A stretch of 64,000 bases of DNA from NCBI GenBank assembly GCA_965116875.1, contig OZ220733.1, positions 4,480,001 through 4,544,000 of the forward strand, in the 5' to 3' direction. Every line of letters begins with the position of its first letter. Position 1 is the first letter of the stretch. Source of the stretch: Candidatus Latescibacterota bacterium (GTDB lineage: Bacteria > Latescibacterota > UBA2968 > GCA-2709665). Below, piece by piece: positions 27,938 through 38,313 of the stretch. The notes under the pieces were generated by a model. The model made no database searches. It was given only the letters and a program-made list of their open reading frames with translations, and was not told the origin of the DNA. The position numbers and the translations under genes are program-made.

Positions 27938-29515
27938 ATGGATCAGTGGATTCTTACGCTCTTGACCTTTGTTCCCGTACTTGGCGCCGCGGTAATTCTG
28001 CTGATGCCCGGCAGGGCGGTCGACGCGATTCGCAGGGTAGCGCTCGCTGCGACCGGACTCTGCCTTCTCCTGGCCATCTGGCTGTTTCACGATTTCGATC
28101 GGTCCGTACCCGGCATGCAGTATGAAGTGCGGCTTCCCTGGATCGAATCGTTCAATATCCAGTATTATATGGGCATAGACGGCCTCAGCGTTTCGATGGT
28201 GCTGCTGACGGCCTTGCTGGGTTTCCTCTGTGTTCCCGCATCCTGGTCCATCAACCGCGGGGTTAAGGGATATTTCGCACTCTTTCTGCTGCTCGAGGCC
28301 GGCATGCAGGGTGTGTTCGTTTCGCTGGACTTCTTCCTGTTCTACGTATTCTGGGAAGTGATGTTGTTGCCGATGTACTTCCTGATCGGGATCTGGGGAG
28401 GGCCCCGAAAGGAATATGCCGCCATCAAGTTCTTTCTGTATACGCTTGCCGGGAGCGTCCTGTTGTTGCTGGTCATGCTCGCATTTTACTTCAACGTCAC
28501 CGATCCCGGAACGGGAAAACATACATTCAATATGCTGGTCATGATGGACCAGGCCAACCACTCCGAATGGCTTCGGGCCGGCATGATTTTCGGGTACTCG
28601 GCTCCCGTAGTCATCTGGATTGCCATGTTTATCGGTTTTGCGATTAAGGTACCCCTTTTTCCGTTTCACACCTGGCTTCCCGACGCCCATGTAGAAGCGC
28701 CAACGGCCATCAGCGTCATTCTGGCGGGGGTGCTCCTGAAGATGGGCACGTATGGAATTCTGCGGTTCAATTACCCGATGCTGCCCGATGTCACACGCGA
28801 TTTCAGCTATTTCCTGGCCGTGATCGGGGTCATCAATATTATCTATGGCGCGCTTGTTGCAATGGCGCAGACGGATCTGAAGAAGCTGGTGGCGTATTCC
28901 AGTATCAGCCACATGGGTTTTGTGATGCTCGGCATGTCGTCCTTCACACCCCACGGAATCAACGGGGCGGTATTTCAGATGTTCAACCACGGCACCATCA
29001 CGGCGATGTTGTTTCTGCTCGTTGGTGTCATTTACGACCGGGCGCACCACCGGTATATTGTATATCCCAACGACTATGAAGATCCGGATTTGCGCGGAAA
29101 GCTGGGGTTCGGGGGGTTGTGGTCGCACATGCCGGTGTACGGCAGTCTTACGATGGTGGCATACTTCGCCGCGCTGGGTCTGCCCGGCCTTTCCGGGTTT
29201 ATCAGCGAAGCCCTCTGTTTCCTGGGCGCATTCCAGGTCCACCGCACCATGACAATCCTGGGTACTCTGGGCGTCCTCCTCGGAGCGGCGTACATGCTGT
29301 GGGCATTTCAACGTCTGTTCATGGGGCCGTTTAACGAACGTTGGAAAGATCTGCCCGAAATTAACGGGCGGGAGATCTTCAGTCTGGCTCCGCTGGCGGT
29401 TATCGTAATCGTCCTGGGCATTTATCCTTCACCGGTGCTGGATCTGCTTGCACAGTCGCTCGGGGAGCTTGTAAAGGACCTGAACGGGCCGGTTATATCC
29501 GCATTGCAGCGGTAG
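27938..29515 (+). CDS. nuoM: Complex I subunit M
   Basis: FYVFWEVMLLPMY, KVPLFPFHTWLPDAHVEAPT, AYSSISHMG. Confidence 0.96.
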   Translation: MDQWILTLLTFVPVLGAAVILLMPGRAVDAIRRVALAATGLCLLLAIWLFHDFDRSVPGMQYEVRLPWIESFNIQYYMGIDGLSVSMVLLTALLGFLCVPASWSINRGVKGYFALFLLLEAGMQGVFVSLDFFLFYVFWEVMLLPMYFLIGIWGGPRKEYAAIKFFLYTLAGSVLLLLVMLAFYFNVTDPGTGKHTFNMLVMMDQANHSEWLRAGMIFGYSAPVVIWIAMFIGFAIKVPLFPFHTWLPDAHVEAPTAISVILAGVLLKMGTYGILRFNYPMLPDVTRDFSYFLAVIGVINIIYGALVAMAQTDLKKLVAYSSISHMGFVMLGMSSFTPHGINGAVFQMFNHGTITAMLFLLVGVIYDRAHHRYIVYPNDYEDPDLRGKLGFGGLWSHMPVYGSLTMVAYFAALGLPGLSGFISEALCFLGAFQVHRTMTILGTLGVLLGAAYMLWAFQRLFMGPFNERWKDLPEINGREIFSLAPLAVIVIVLGIYPSPVLDLLAQSLGELVKDLNGPVISALQR

Positions 29516-29588
29516 GTCCGTGCAGGACAGTTTGACGTTCCGGGACCTCGCTGCGTCTTGAACCCGACTCGATGGGAGGTACGTTCTC

Positions 29589-31118
29589 TTGGCCGAGGCC
29601 ATCAAATACGCGATCGCGGTGAATCTGGACGGCCTTCAATACATCTGGCCGGAGATCATCATTACGGTCGCAATTATAGGCATCGTGACCGTCGATCTGA
29701 TCCTGACAGCAAAGAAGAAGGCGTTGTTGACCGGCCTGACGCTTCTTGTTCTTGTGGCCTGTCTGTTTTCGATCGCGGACTTGTACGACGAGCCGCCCCG
29801 GTCGCTTTTCATGGGCATGATCGCCCTGGATGGTTTTGCCCTGTTCTTCAAGCTTGTCATCGTGGTCACGACCATTGTGGTCACGCTGTTCGGCCTGCAA
29901 TCGCGGGACATCGATTCCGACCGCATGGGCGAATTCTACGCGCTCTTCCTTTCCGTCGGGCTGGGTGGCTTTCTGATGGCCGGTGCGACCAATCTGCTGA
30001 TGATGTATCTTGCGCTTGAACTCGTCAGCCTGCCTTCCTACGTACTGGCGGGTTATCAGAAACGGGTCCAGCGATCCAACGAGGCGGCGTTGAAATACGT
30101 CGTTTACGGCGGGGTGTCTTCCGGCATCATGCTCTATGGGTTCTCCCTGATCTACGGCCTGACGGGCACACTGGACATCTATGGGATTGCCGAGCGTCTT
30201 GGCACAACGGCGCCTTACGAACTGACGTTGTTTCTCGGCGCGACGCTCGCGATGGCCGGGTTCGGATACAAGGTGGCCTCGGTTCCGTTTCACTTCTGGT
30301 GTCCCGACGTCTACGAGGGCGCGCCAACTCCCGTGACTGCGTTTTTCTCGGTCGCACCGAAGGCGGTCGGTTTCGCCATGCTGGCGCGGTTCTTCTACGT
30401 GGGTCTGTCCGCATTCGACGGTGCATCGGGGACAGGTGCCGCGCTGGGTGTGGCGTGGCCGCAGCTGCTCGCCCTTATTTCAGCGTTTACGATGACGCTG
30501 GGCAATCTGACGGCCATCTGGCAGCGCAATCTGAAGAGGCTGCTCGCGTACTCCAGCATCGCCCACGCGGGCTATATGATGATGGGTGTTGTGATGTTGT
30601 CGTCCGCGGGCCTGAAGGCGGTGATGTTTTATGCGGGCGCCTATCTGTTCATGAACCTGGGTGCGTTTCTGGTTGTCCTGCTGTTGGCCGAAAAGATCGG
30701 AAGCGAGGATATCGGAGATTACAGCGGCCTGGGTTGGCGTTCGCCCTGGATTGCACTTGCGATGTCTGCATTTCTGTTCTCTCTTACGGGACTGCCCCCG
30801 ACCGCAGGGTTTGTCGGAAAGGTGTATCTGTTTGCCGCAGTTGTAGATGGTGGACTCTACTGGTTGGCCGTCGTGGGCGCGCTGAACAGTGCCGTTTCCC
30901 TGTATTACTACGCGAGGGTCGTCCGCGCCATGTACCTTGAAAAGCCCCGCTCGGATTCACCCGTTGTCATATCCCCGTTCGCCACGGCAACTCTGGCGGT
31001 CTTGTTCGTGGGTACGCTGCTGTTTGGCGTCTACTGGGCGCCACTGGCCGATCTGGCCGAAACGTCAACCGCGATCTTCCTGAACGGTGGTGATGCCGTT
31101 CAGGCCATGGTGCGGTAA
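29589..31118 (+). CDS. nuoN: Complex I subunit N
   Basis: EAALKY, PFHFWCPDVYEGAPTP, KRLLAYSSIAHAGY; TTG start after GGAGG. Confidence 0.95.
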   Translation: MAEAIKYAIAVNLDGLQYIWPEIIITVAIIGIVTVDLILTAKKKALLTGLTLLVLVACLFSIADLYDEPPRSLFMGMIALDGFALFFKLVIVVTTIVVTLFGLQSRDIDSDRMGEFYALFLSVGLGGFLMAGATNLLMMYLALELVSLPSYVLAGYQKRVQRSNEAALKYVVYGGVSSGIMLYGFSLIYGLTGTLDIYGIAERLGTTAPYELTLFLGATLAMAGFGYKVASVPFHFWCPDVYEGAPTPVTAFFSVAPKAVGFAMLARFFYVGLSAFDGASGTGAALGVAWPQLLALISAFTMTLGNLTAIWQRNLKRLLAYSSIAHAGYMMMGVVMLSSAGLKAVMFYAGAYLFMNLGAFLVVLLLAEKIGSEDIGDYSGLGWRSPWIALAMSAFLFSLTGLPPTAGFVGKVYLFAAVVDGGLYWLAVVGALNSAVSLYYYARVVRAMYLEKPRSDSPVVISPFATATLAVLFVGTLLFGVYWAPLADLAETSTAIFLNGGDAVQAMVR

Positions 31119-31198
31119 TCCGGTGTGCCGGGCTGAGGGGCGGATCCGCAATGGACCGCATCACCTGAGTCCGGTCTTTTATGAAAACAGACACAGGA

Positions 31199-31235
31199 AC
31201 AGCCCCGCGGTCCAGCATCGCGGGGCTGTCTTTTT
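31199..31235 (+). terminator. Intrinsic terminator after nuoN
   Basis: ACAGCCCCGCG / CGCGGGGCTGT stem followed by CTTTTT. Confidence 0.8.
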
Positions 31236-31253
31236 GAGGTCGGGATCTGTACG

Positions 31254-31679
31254 CTATCCCCAGGCTTTTCCGCTGGCGCTTCTTTTCTTCCTTCTCAGAT
31301 CGTCTTTCTCGACCAAAAACCCGAGTAGATTCTTGCGTCCCAGGGTTCTGAGGTAGCTCAACAGAGAGATCTCGGCTTCCTTCGCATTGAGCTTGTGGGT
31401 GTCGCACAATTGCTTGATCATTGCGGCCACGGACGTGCGGCCGTCACACATATTCCAGACCTGAGATCCGATCTCATCAAGGACCAGCGTTCGTTTTTCG
31501 GGCACCCAGAATATCTTGGAAAGGATCTTCACTTTCGTGGTATCCGCGCGCCTCAATGTAATGGTCACTTCGTCGTCGTTGTTCGTCTTCCATTCCAGCT
31601 GGCTGTTCCGGGCAGGTTTGGAGTTGAACATCGCCTCACGACTGATCTTGGGCTGTCTCTTCGAGGAGAACAAGGACAT
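31254..31679 (-). CDS. PqqD-family (RiPP recognition element-like) protein
   Basis: LVLDEIGSQVWNMCDGRTSVAAMIKQL...EAEISLLSYLRTLGRKNLL winged-helix pattern. Confidence 0.75.
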   Translation of the reverse strand: MSLFSSKRQPKISREAMFNSKPARNSQLEWKTNNDDEVTITLRRADTTKVKILSKIFWVPEKRTLVLDEIGSQVWNMCDGRTSVAAMIKQLCDTHKLNAKEAEISLLSYLRTLGRKNLLGFLVEKDDLRRKKRSASGKAWG

Positions 31680-31718
31680 ACGGCTTCCTGTGGTTCAGGG
31701 ACAGAGAAGGGCCGCCGG

Positions 31719-32687
31719 TCAGGATTTCGGAAGTTCCGGAACGGAATCCGGGTGGCAGATCACGGAGTTGCGGGCATTCTCGATGTCCGCGGCATCCTTC
31801 TGTTTCTTGTAGTAGGTGTGTACAACGTAAATCTTGTTTCCATGACTGCACGTCCAGACACGGGCTTCCATATTCAGACGCGGTCTGACGTTCCAGAACG
31901 GTAGCGGCATCAGCAAACCCCGCCAGCGGCTCTTGGGTTTACCGCGAATTTGCAGACCGGGGTGGTTGCCAACGCCGGTCTCGAGGACATCCAGATTGAC
32001 CTGCCGGAGGCTCTTGCGGAAAAACTCCTGATACCACTCCAGAAGCGTGCGCCTTTTCAGGAGTACCCGGGCAAGGCTGAGCCGGTCGACCTGAAGCATA
32101 TTCTGGCCGTGCTGAAAACAGAGTCGAAGGTGTCCGGACTTGAGCTCGTAGGTTTCCAGGGCAAACAGGGGAGGCGATGAACACACGAGATCATATAGCG
32201 CCCAGGTCCGGTGGCCCTCGGGAGAGGTATCCCGAATTGAATTCAGAATCCTGCTGATACTGTCTCGTGCATCCTCGTCCGGTCTTGTCCGTATTCTGAC
32301 GAACAGGAGCCGGTCGGACGGCGGACTGTAAAACACCAGCGCGTGGACGAGGTGCTCGGCCTGCCAGGAGAAAAAGACTGGAGAACGCGCATCGGGCAGA
32401 TCAATCCACCCGGCCTCGGGACTGCGGTCGATGTCGATCCGTTTTTTTTCCTTGCGGGCGCTCTGGGCAAGTCCATCGACAAAGCGGTCCACAATCGGGG
32501 CGACTCGCTCGTCGCCCCGGGCATCCTTCCACTCGATTTCCAGTCTGGCCAGCGTGGGGTCATCCAGACGAACGCTGCCTGCATTGGAGTCGCCCGTTAT
32601 CTTGCCGGGGTTCCACTCCAACGGCACCTCGAGTTTCAGCCCGTGCCATGCGAAAAGGGTCCAGTCTGAGTAACGCAAACGCTTCAA
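31719..32687 (-). CDS. Hypothetical protein with two related internal modules, upstream of PqqD
   Basis: Long ORF (open to 32828, start uncertain). FAWHGLKLEVP..W...GSVRL is echoed by WALYDLVCSSP..F...GHLRL. Co-oriented with pqqD-like gene. Confidence 0.6.
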   Translation of the reverse strand: MKRLRYSDWTLFAWHGLKLEVPLEWNPGKITGDSNAGSVRLDDPTLARLEIEWKDARGDERVAPIVDRFVDGLAQSARKEKKRIDIDRSPEAGWIDLPDARSPVFFSWQAEHLVHALVFYSPPSDRLLFVRIRTRPDEDARDSISRILNSIRDTSPEGHRTWALYDLVCSSPPLFALETYELKSGHLRLCFQHGQNMLQVDRLSLARVLLKRRTLLEWYQEFFRKSLRQVNLDVLETGVGNHPGLQIRGKPKSRWRGLLMPLPFWNVRPRLNMEARVWTCSHGNKIYVVHTYYKKQKDAADIENARNSVICHPDSVPELPKS

Positions 32688-32705
32688 GTGACGCCACCCT
32701 TTTTC

Positions 32706-32734
32706 TGGCAGCCCGCTGAAAAAGCCCATCAGGG
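32706..32734 (+). repeat. 29-nt dispersed repeat, possible IS/MITE end remnant (copy 1)
   Basis: TGGCAGCCCGCTGAAAAAGCCCATCAGGG matches the reverse complement of 36409-36437 at 24/29. Confidence 0.45.
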
Positions 32735-32993
32735 ACGGGACGCCAACCCTTGCCATGAGAGCGACTTCAGGTACGGACTGCTGGAGAATCAATGCGCCGG
32801 ATGGATAAATATACGTAACCCGGAACACCTGTCAAGCACTTTATGTTTTATCTAAGTATAGGTTTTGCAGTGAGTTGCAAGTGAACATCCGGGTGGCAAC
32901 ATGCGGATTTCCGGTTTGACGAAAGCCATGGTTCGACAACAGACCGGCTTCTCTTGCGGCAATGGCAAGTTGCCGCGCACCTCAAAACTGATA

Positions 32994-33022
32994 TTGACGA
33001 ATGAACTAATGTTCACTATATT
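32994..33022 (+). promoter_or_regulatory. lexA promoter with SOS-box candidate TGAAC-TAAT-GTTCA (33002-33015) in the spacer
   Basis: TTGACG-N17-TATATT with a perfect 5+5 palindrome between -35 and -10. Confidence 0.75.
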
Positions 33023-33117
33023 CAAATGAGCAGTGCCCGGGTTAACGGACCGGATCGAGAAAAACAGGATGGTTTTTCGAATTCTGAAAAAGCGTTTGGC
33101 TCTTGAGGAGATGCGCG

Positions 33118-33747
33118 ATGCGTCAGAAGCTGACGGACAGGCAAAATGAAATCTACGAGTTTATCGCCAGGAAGATACGAGATGGCGGCGCCCCTCCAAC
33201 CATTCGGGAGACGATGGACGCATTTGGCATCGCTTCCACAAATGGCGTGAGAACCACACTGGCCGCGCTCGAGAAAAAGGGTTACATCCGACGGCGCCCG
33301 ATGGTGTCCCGTGGTATCGAGCTTACGGACTTCGTGGAACGCGACGTTCCAGGTAGAGCCGAAACCCGGGAGGTGCCGGTTATTGGACGTGTGGCTGCCG
33401 GAGAGCCCATTCTGGCATCTGAAAACGTCGAGGGCACCGTGGCTGTCGATCGTTCTTTTCTTCCGTCAGAAGACGTCTTCGTTCTTCGTGTCAGGGGCGA
33501 GAGTATGCGCGACGCAGGCATCCTGGATGGAGACTATGTGTTGGCACGCCATCAGGAAACGGCGAGTCCCGGCGAGATCGTGGTGGCGGTGATTGGGGAG
33601 GAGGCAACCGTGAAGCGATATTTCCCCGAAGCGGGCCGGATACGGCTCACCCCGGAAAACGAAGCGTTCGAAGCCATACTGGTACATCCAGACCGCGACG
33701 AGTTCCGCATTGCGGGCAAAATTGTGGGGCTGATGCGTCGATTCTGA
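33118..33747 (+). CDS. lexA: LexA repressor
   Basis: LTDRQ...PPTIRE HTH, cleavage site VAAG, catalytic GESM and ATVKR. Confidence 0.96.
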   Translation: MRQKLTDRQNEIYEFIARKIRDGGAPPTIRETMDAFGIASTNGVRTTLAALEKKGYIRRRPMVSRGIELTDFVERDVPGRAETREVPVIGRVAAGEPILASENVEGTVAVDRSFLPSEDVFVLRVRGESMRDAGILDGDYVLARHQETASPGEIVVAVIGEEATVKRYFPEAGRIRLTPENEAFEAILVHPDRDEFRIAGKIVGLMRRF

Positions 33748-33779
33748 AACTGCCTGTACGCACCGGTCCTGAATGTCCG

Positions 33780-33809
33780 CCTCTCTCGACTTCGAGAGGG
33801 GTATTTTTT
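33780..33809 (+). terminator. Intrinsic terminator after lexA
   Basis: CCTCTCTCG-ACTT-CGAGAGGGG then TATTTTTT. Confidence 0.7.
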
Positions 33810-33929
33810 CGTGTCAATCGTTTCAGTGCGACTGAACAATTCACTCCGGTGTAGCGCCGTCGATTCCCCGGCGTCCGGACGGCGAGAACCGACCACCGGA
33901 CTTCGGAAATCCCGTCAGGGCCCTGGAAG

Positions 33930-35051
33930 TTATCCGGTTCGAACCGGCTTCCGGAGAAAGCGTTTTCCGGGTCGTTGTTCGGCGACGCCCGCCAGTTCCA
34001 ACGACAGCAGCAAGGAAAGCACGCTGGCGGCCGGCATCTCCGTGAGGTCGGCAATCGTATCGATGTGGGCCGGCAGGTCGGACGAAAGGCACTCATAGAC
34101 CTGGCGCTCCCCTTGGGAGAGTTCCAGGGGTTCCGGAGCCGGCTTCGGACGGACGTTTCGGGTGGGAATCTGTGCCAGTTGCGAACGGATTTCATCCAGA
34201 ATGTCCTCTACCGACTGAACCAGAACCGCGCCCTGCCTGATCAGCCGGTTTGTGCCGCGGCTTCGACCGGAATGAACCGGACCTGGAACGGCGAAGACCT
34301 CCCGGTTCTGCTCAAGCGCCAGCCGGGCGGTGATTAACGCGCCACTGCGTTCACCCGCCTCGATGACCAGGACCCCAAGACTCAGCCCACTGATGATTCT
34401 GTTACGACGAGGAAAGTTGTGGGCCTCCGCGGATGCGCCCATTGGGAATTCTGAAAGCGTTGCGCCGGTTTCGTTGATCACATCGAACAGATCCCTGTTC
34501 TGTGGCGGATACGGCCTGTCCAGTCCGCTACCCAATACCGCCACGGTATATCCTTGTTCGGCAAGCGCGCCCCGGTGGGCGTACGTATCGATGCCGGTGG
34601 CCAGCCCGCTGACTACGGTAATTCCTCGACGAACGAGTTCTCCCGACATCTGATAGGCGATATCCCGACCGTAGGAGGTGAATGAGCGGGAACCCACAAT
34701 CGCAACGGTGGGATGCGCACAGACATCTATTTTCCCCAGTACGTAGAGGATTGGCGGCGGCGCGTAGGTTTCTCTGAGATAGCCCGGATAGCCGGGACAC
34801 TGCAGCGTCAGCAGATGCACACGCGCATCTTCAGCGCGACGAAGCTGCTCTTCAGCCCAGGACGGGTCGCGATCTTTATGGATCGCGTTGGCAAGTTCGG
34901 GACCTATTCCTGGTACAGTACACAGGCGTTCACGGGGCGCCCGCAGTACCTCGTTCGGTCTGCAAAACTGACGCAGCAATGCGGAAAACGCGACGGGGCC
35001 GAGCCCGGCTACCGAATGAAGGGTCAACCAATCCAGAATGTCTTTGGACAT
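33930..35051 (-). CDS. dprA: DNA-processing protein DprA
   Basis: VAIVGSR, VSGLATGID, FPRRNRIISGLS, EAGERSGALITA, C-terminal winged helix. Confidence 0.96.
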   Translation of the reverse strand: MSKDILDWLTLHSVAGLGPVAFSALLRQFCRPNEVLRAPRERLCTVPGIGPELANAIHKDRDPSWAEEQLRRAEDARVHLLTLQCPGYPGYLRETYAPPPILYVLGKIDVCAHPTVAIVGSRSFTSYGRDIAYQMSGELVRRGITVVSGLATGIDTYAHRGALAEQGYTVAVLGSGLDRPYPPQNRDLFDVINETGATLSEFPMGASAEAHNFPRRNRIISGLSLGVLVIEAGERSGALITARLALEQNREVFAVPGPVHSGRSRGTNRLIRQGAVLVQSVEDILDEIRSQLAQIPTRNVRPKPAPEPLELSQGERQVYECLSSDLPAHIDTIADLTEMPAASVLSLLLSLELAGVAEQRPGKRFLRKPVRTG

Positions 35052-35130
35052 CTTTTAAAGGAACGGGCCTCCGCGCATCAGCCGTAGACGGTGGCCGGGT
35101 GTGGTGTCCGGTGGGTTCAGTCCAGCTATA

Positions 35131-35146
35131 TGCAAAAGGAGTGCCA
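35131..35146 (-). promoter_or_regulatory. Sigma54 (-24/-12) promoter upstream of dprA
   Basis: Minus strand TGGCAC-TCCTT-TTGCA, an exact match to TGGCAC-N5-TTGC, 80 nt before the ATG. Confidence 0.7.
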
Positions 35147-35287
35147 GAAAAAACGGGGGCGTTGCGGCGCAGGAGGCCCGGGGCGGTGAACGGGATTTTC
35201 AGAAGCGGTATCGGGATCGAAAGGAACTTACAGGGGACTGAGGAGGGGTATTGTTCGCCTGGCGGGGTGGGTGACGTCCATGAGGGA

Positions 35288-36283
<996 letters not shown>

Positions 36284-36408
36284 CTATAGGCTGGCGCACA
36301 CGACCGTCTGTATGAAAACCGGGACCTCATTCAGCCGACCGTGGTATTGCCGAAAAGGAGACGAATTCAACCGGAGCATAGAGTAAGCATATGGGTTCAT
36401 GTCTGCAG

Positions 36409-36437
36409 CCCGGATGGACTTTTCCAACGGGCTGCTA
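36409..36437 (-). repeat. 29-nt dispersed repeat (copy 2), part of a hairpin after coaD
   Basis: TAGCAGCCCGTTGGAAAAGTCCATCCGGG on the minus strand; 24/29 to 32706-32734. Confidence 0.45.
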
Positions 36438-36446
36438 ACAGACGCT

Positions 36447-36923
36447 TCAGACGAATTTTGCTTTAAGTCGTTTCTCAACCGCTGGCGGTACGAAAGCGGT
36501 CACATCGCCGCCAAAACGCGCGATTTCCCGAACAAGGGTGGAGTTGAGATACGCATATTCCAGACTGGGCATCAGAAAGACGACCTCCAGGCGGGGTTCC
36601 ATCTGACGGTTGGCAACCGCCATTGCAATTTCCAGTTCGTATTCGGTGGTTGTGCGCAGACTGCGCACAACGGTGAAGACACCGCTCTCCCTGGCAAAGT
36701 CAACGAGCAATCCACTGTACTTCGTGACTTCCACGTTCGGACACTTCGACGAGACTTCCTGAATCATGTGCACACGTTCATCCGACGAGAACAGAGGGCG
36801 CTTTTCAGGATTCAGGCCCACGGCGACGATCAGCCGGCTGCAGATCTTCGCCGTTCGTTCGATCAGGTCCAGATGACCGAATGTCACCGGATCGAAGGTG
36901 CCAGGATAGATCGCCGCAGTCAT
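36447..36923 (-). CDS. coaD: Phosphopantetheine adenylyltransferase
   Basis: AIYPGTFDPVTFGHLDLIER, NSTLVREIA; AAGGAG RBS. Confidence 0.95.
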   Translation of the reverse strand: MTAAIYPGTFDPVTFGHLDLIERTAKICSRLIVAVGLNPEKRPLFSSDERVHMIQEVSSKCPNVEVTKYSGLLVDFARESGVFTVVRSLRTTTEYELEIAMAVANRQMEPRLEVVFLMPSLEYAYLNSTLVREIARFGGDVTAFVPPAVEKRLKAKFV

Positions 36924-37873
36924 GGTTGCTCCTTTGCGAGGTTCATATAAGCCAGACCTGCCGCAATACTGAATCTGGACTGGTTCACCAGGAAACGCCG
37001 CTGTGATTCCCGGAGAGTCTCTGTGGTACAGTTCGAAAAGGGCAGGAGGGATTCGAATCCTGGCCCCCCGGCTTCCTCCAGGCATTGGCTGAGGGTCTCA
37101 ATCTGGTTTTCTTCGCCACATAACAGTACCCGGTCAAATCCGGACTTGCTCCGTCCGGACGGATGCCGCCGGTTGAGCCAGCGGCGCAACACAACACCGG
37201 TTTCCTCCAGTCTCGAGCGTTCGTGCGAGGTTTGAGATGGCAACCCGTCAGACCGCACCGTGTCTTGCAGGCAGACAGCCTCTGCCGAAACCAGATTTCC
37301 CGATTCCGTCGCGACGAAATAGAACCACGGATGTCCGCCCATGACAATGGCTCCGGATCCGGCCCGACCCTTCGCCAGCAGACAGGCGTAATACAGCCCG
37401 ATCGGCTCGGCTTCCAGTCGATACTTCCGTACAGGAAGCGATGAAAGCAGTTCCGAACAGAACTCGAATACCTCCTTGCGGATTGCAATCCAGAAGGCAG
37501 TTCGCCCCACGGCAAGGTAGTTAACGTCATACCTGTCGATGGGGTCGACCAGCGTCTGCGCGGCCTCCCAGGTAATGTGTTCCCGTCGATCATCGGGCGA
37601 AGCGAGTTCCAGCGGAGTTTTTTGCAGGTGAAAGAAGCCGCCGCCCAGTGAGAGTACCACTGTCCCGGGCACTTCCTGCACCTGCGCGAATGCTTGCTGC
37701 AGACCTTCCGAGATGCATTGCCTGACTCGCGGTCGAAAAGGCCAATGCGGCAGAACAGGGTTGACCAGGCGAGACTCGAAGAGCGCACAGATCCGGCAGC
37801 CCGCCGGCGTGCGTTCCAGACAGACCAATCGAAGCAGATCGCCAGCGATCTGAATCCCCGTCGCCCTGGTCAT
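36920..37873 (-). CDS. PilM-like (actin-fold) protein
   Basis: N-terminal TGIQIAGDLLRLV, 'ITWEAAQTL', 'VLLCGE' and C-terminal IAAGLA resemble the PilM/GspL cytoplasmic domain; overlaps both neighbours by 4 nt. Confidence 0.5.
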   Translation of the reverse strand: MTRATGIQIAGDLLRLVCLERTPAGCRICALFESRLVNPVLPHWPFRPRVRQCISEGLQQAFAQVQEVPGTVVLSLGGGFFHLQKTPLELASPDDRREHITWEAAQTLVDPIDRYDVNYLAVGRTAFWIAIRKEVFEFCSELLSSLPVRKYRLEAEPIGLYYACLLAKGRAGSGAIVMGGHPWFYFVATESGNLVSAEAVCLQDTVRSDGLPSQTSHERSRLEETGVVLRRWLNRRHPSGRSKSGFDRVLLCGEENQIETLSQCLEEAGGPGFESLLPFSNCTTETLRESQRRFLVNQSRFSIAAGLAYMNLAKEQP

Positions 37874-38256
37874 GGACTGTCTACCGTAATCTTCGAACCC
37901 ATTCTTTCCAGTGTTTTTTTCCCAATACCCTTTACCCGGGAAAGATCATCCACGGACTTGAACGGGCCGCGTTGATTGCGGTCGTCCACAATGCGACGCG
38001 CGAGTTTAGGGCCGATGCCCGGCAGGCGCGTCAGTTGACCCGCTGAAGCCCGGTTCAGATTGATCGGGCCGGTGTGCTGCGCCACAGATTCAGTTTCTTC
38101 AGGACCGTCGGGCACCCGTACCGCGCCTTTCTGGACGTGGAAGTCCGGGAGGTCGCGGTCGCTGAACCGTTCGACCAGATTGACCGCCCCACCGATCAGC
38201 AATGCGGCGGTCAGACCCAGCAATACGAACCGTTCTTTGCGGTTGAAGGAAAACAT
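37870..38256 (-). CDS. comEA: ComEA-like helix-hairpin-helix DNA-binding protein
   Basis: N-terminal transmembrane segment; INLNRAS...LPGIGPKLA...GPFKSVDDLSRVKGIG. Confidence 0.88.
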   Translation of the reverse strand: MFSFNRKERFVLLGLTAALLIGGAVNLVERFSDRDLPDFHVQKGAVRVPDGPEETESVAQHTGPINLNRASAGQLTRLPGIGPKLARRIVDDRNQRGPFKSVDDLSRVKGIGKKTLERMGSKITVDSP

Positions 38257-38313
38257 GCGTACTCCGACAAAGATGGCGGGAACAGGTGGAGGTTGAACGG
38301 CGGATGGGAAAGT

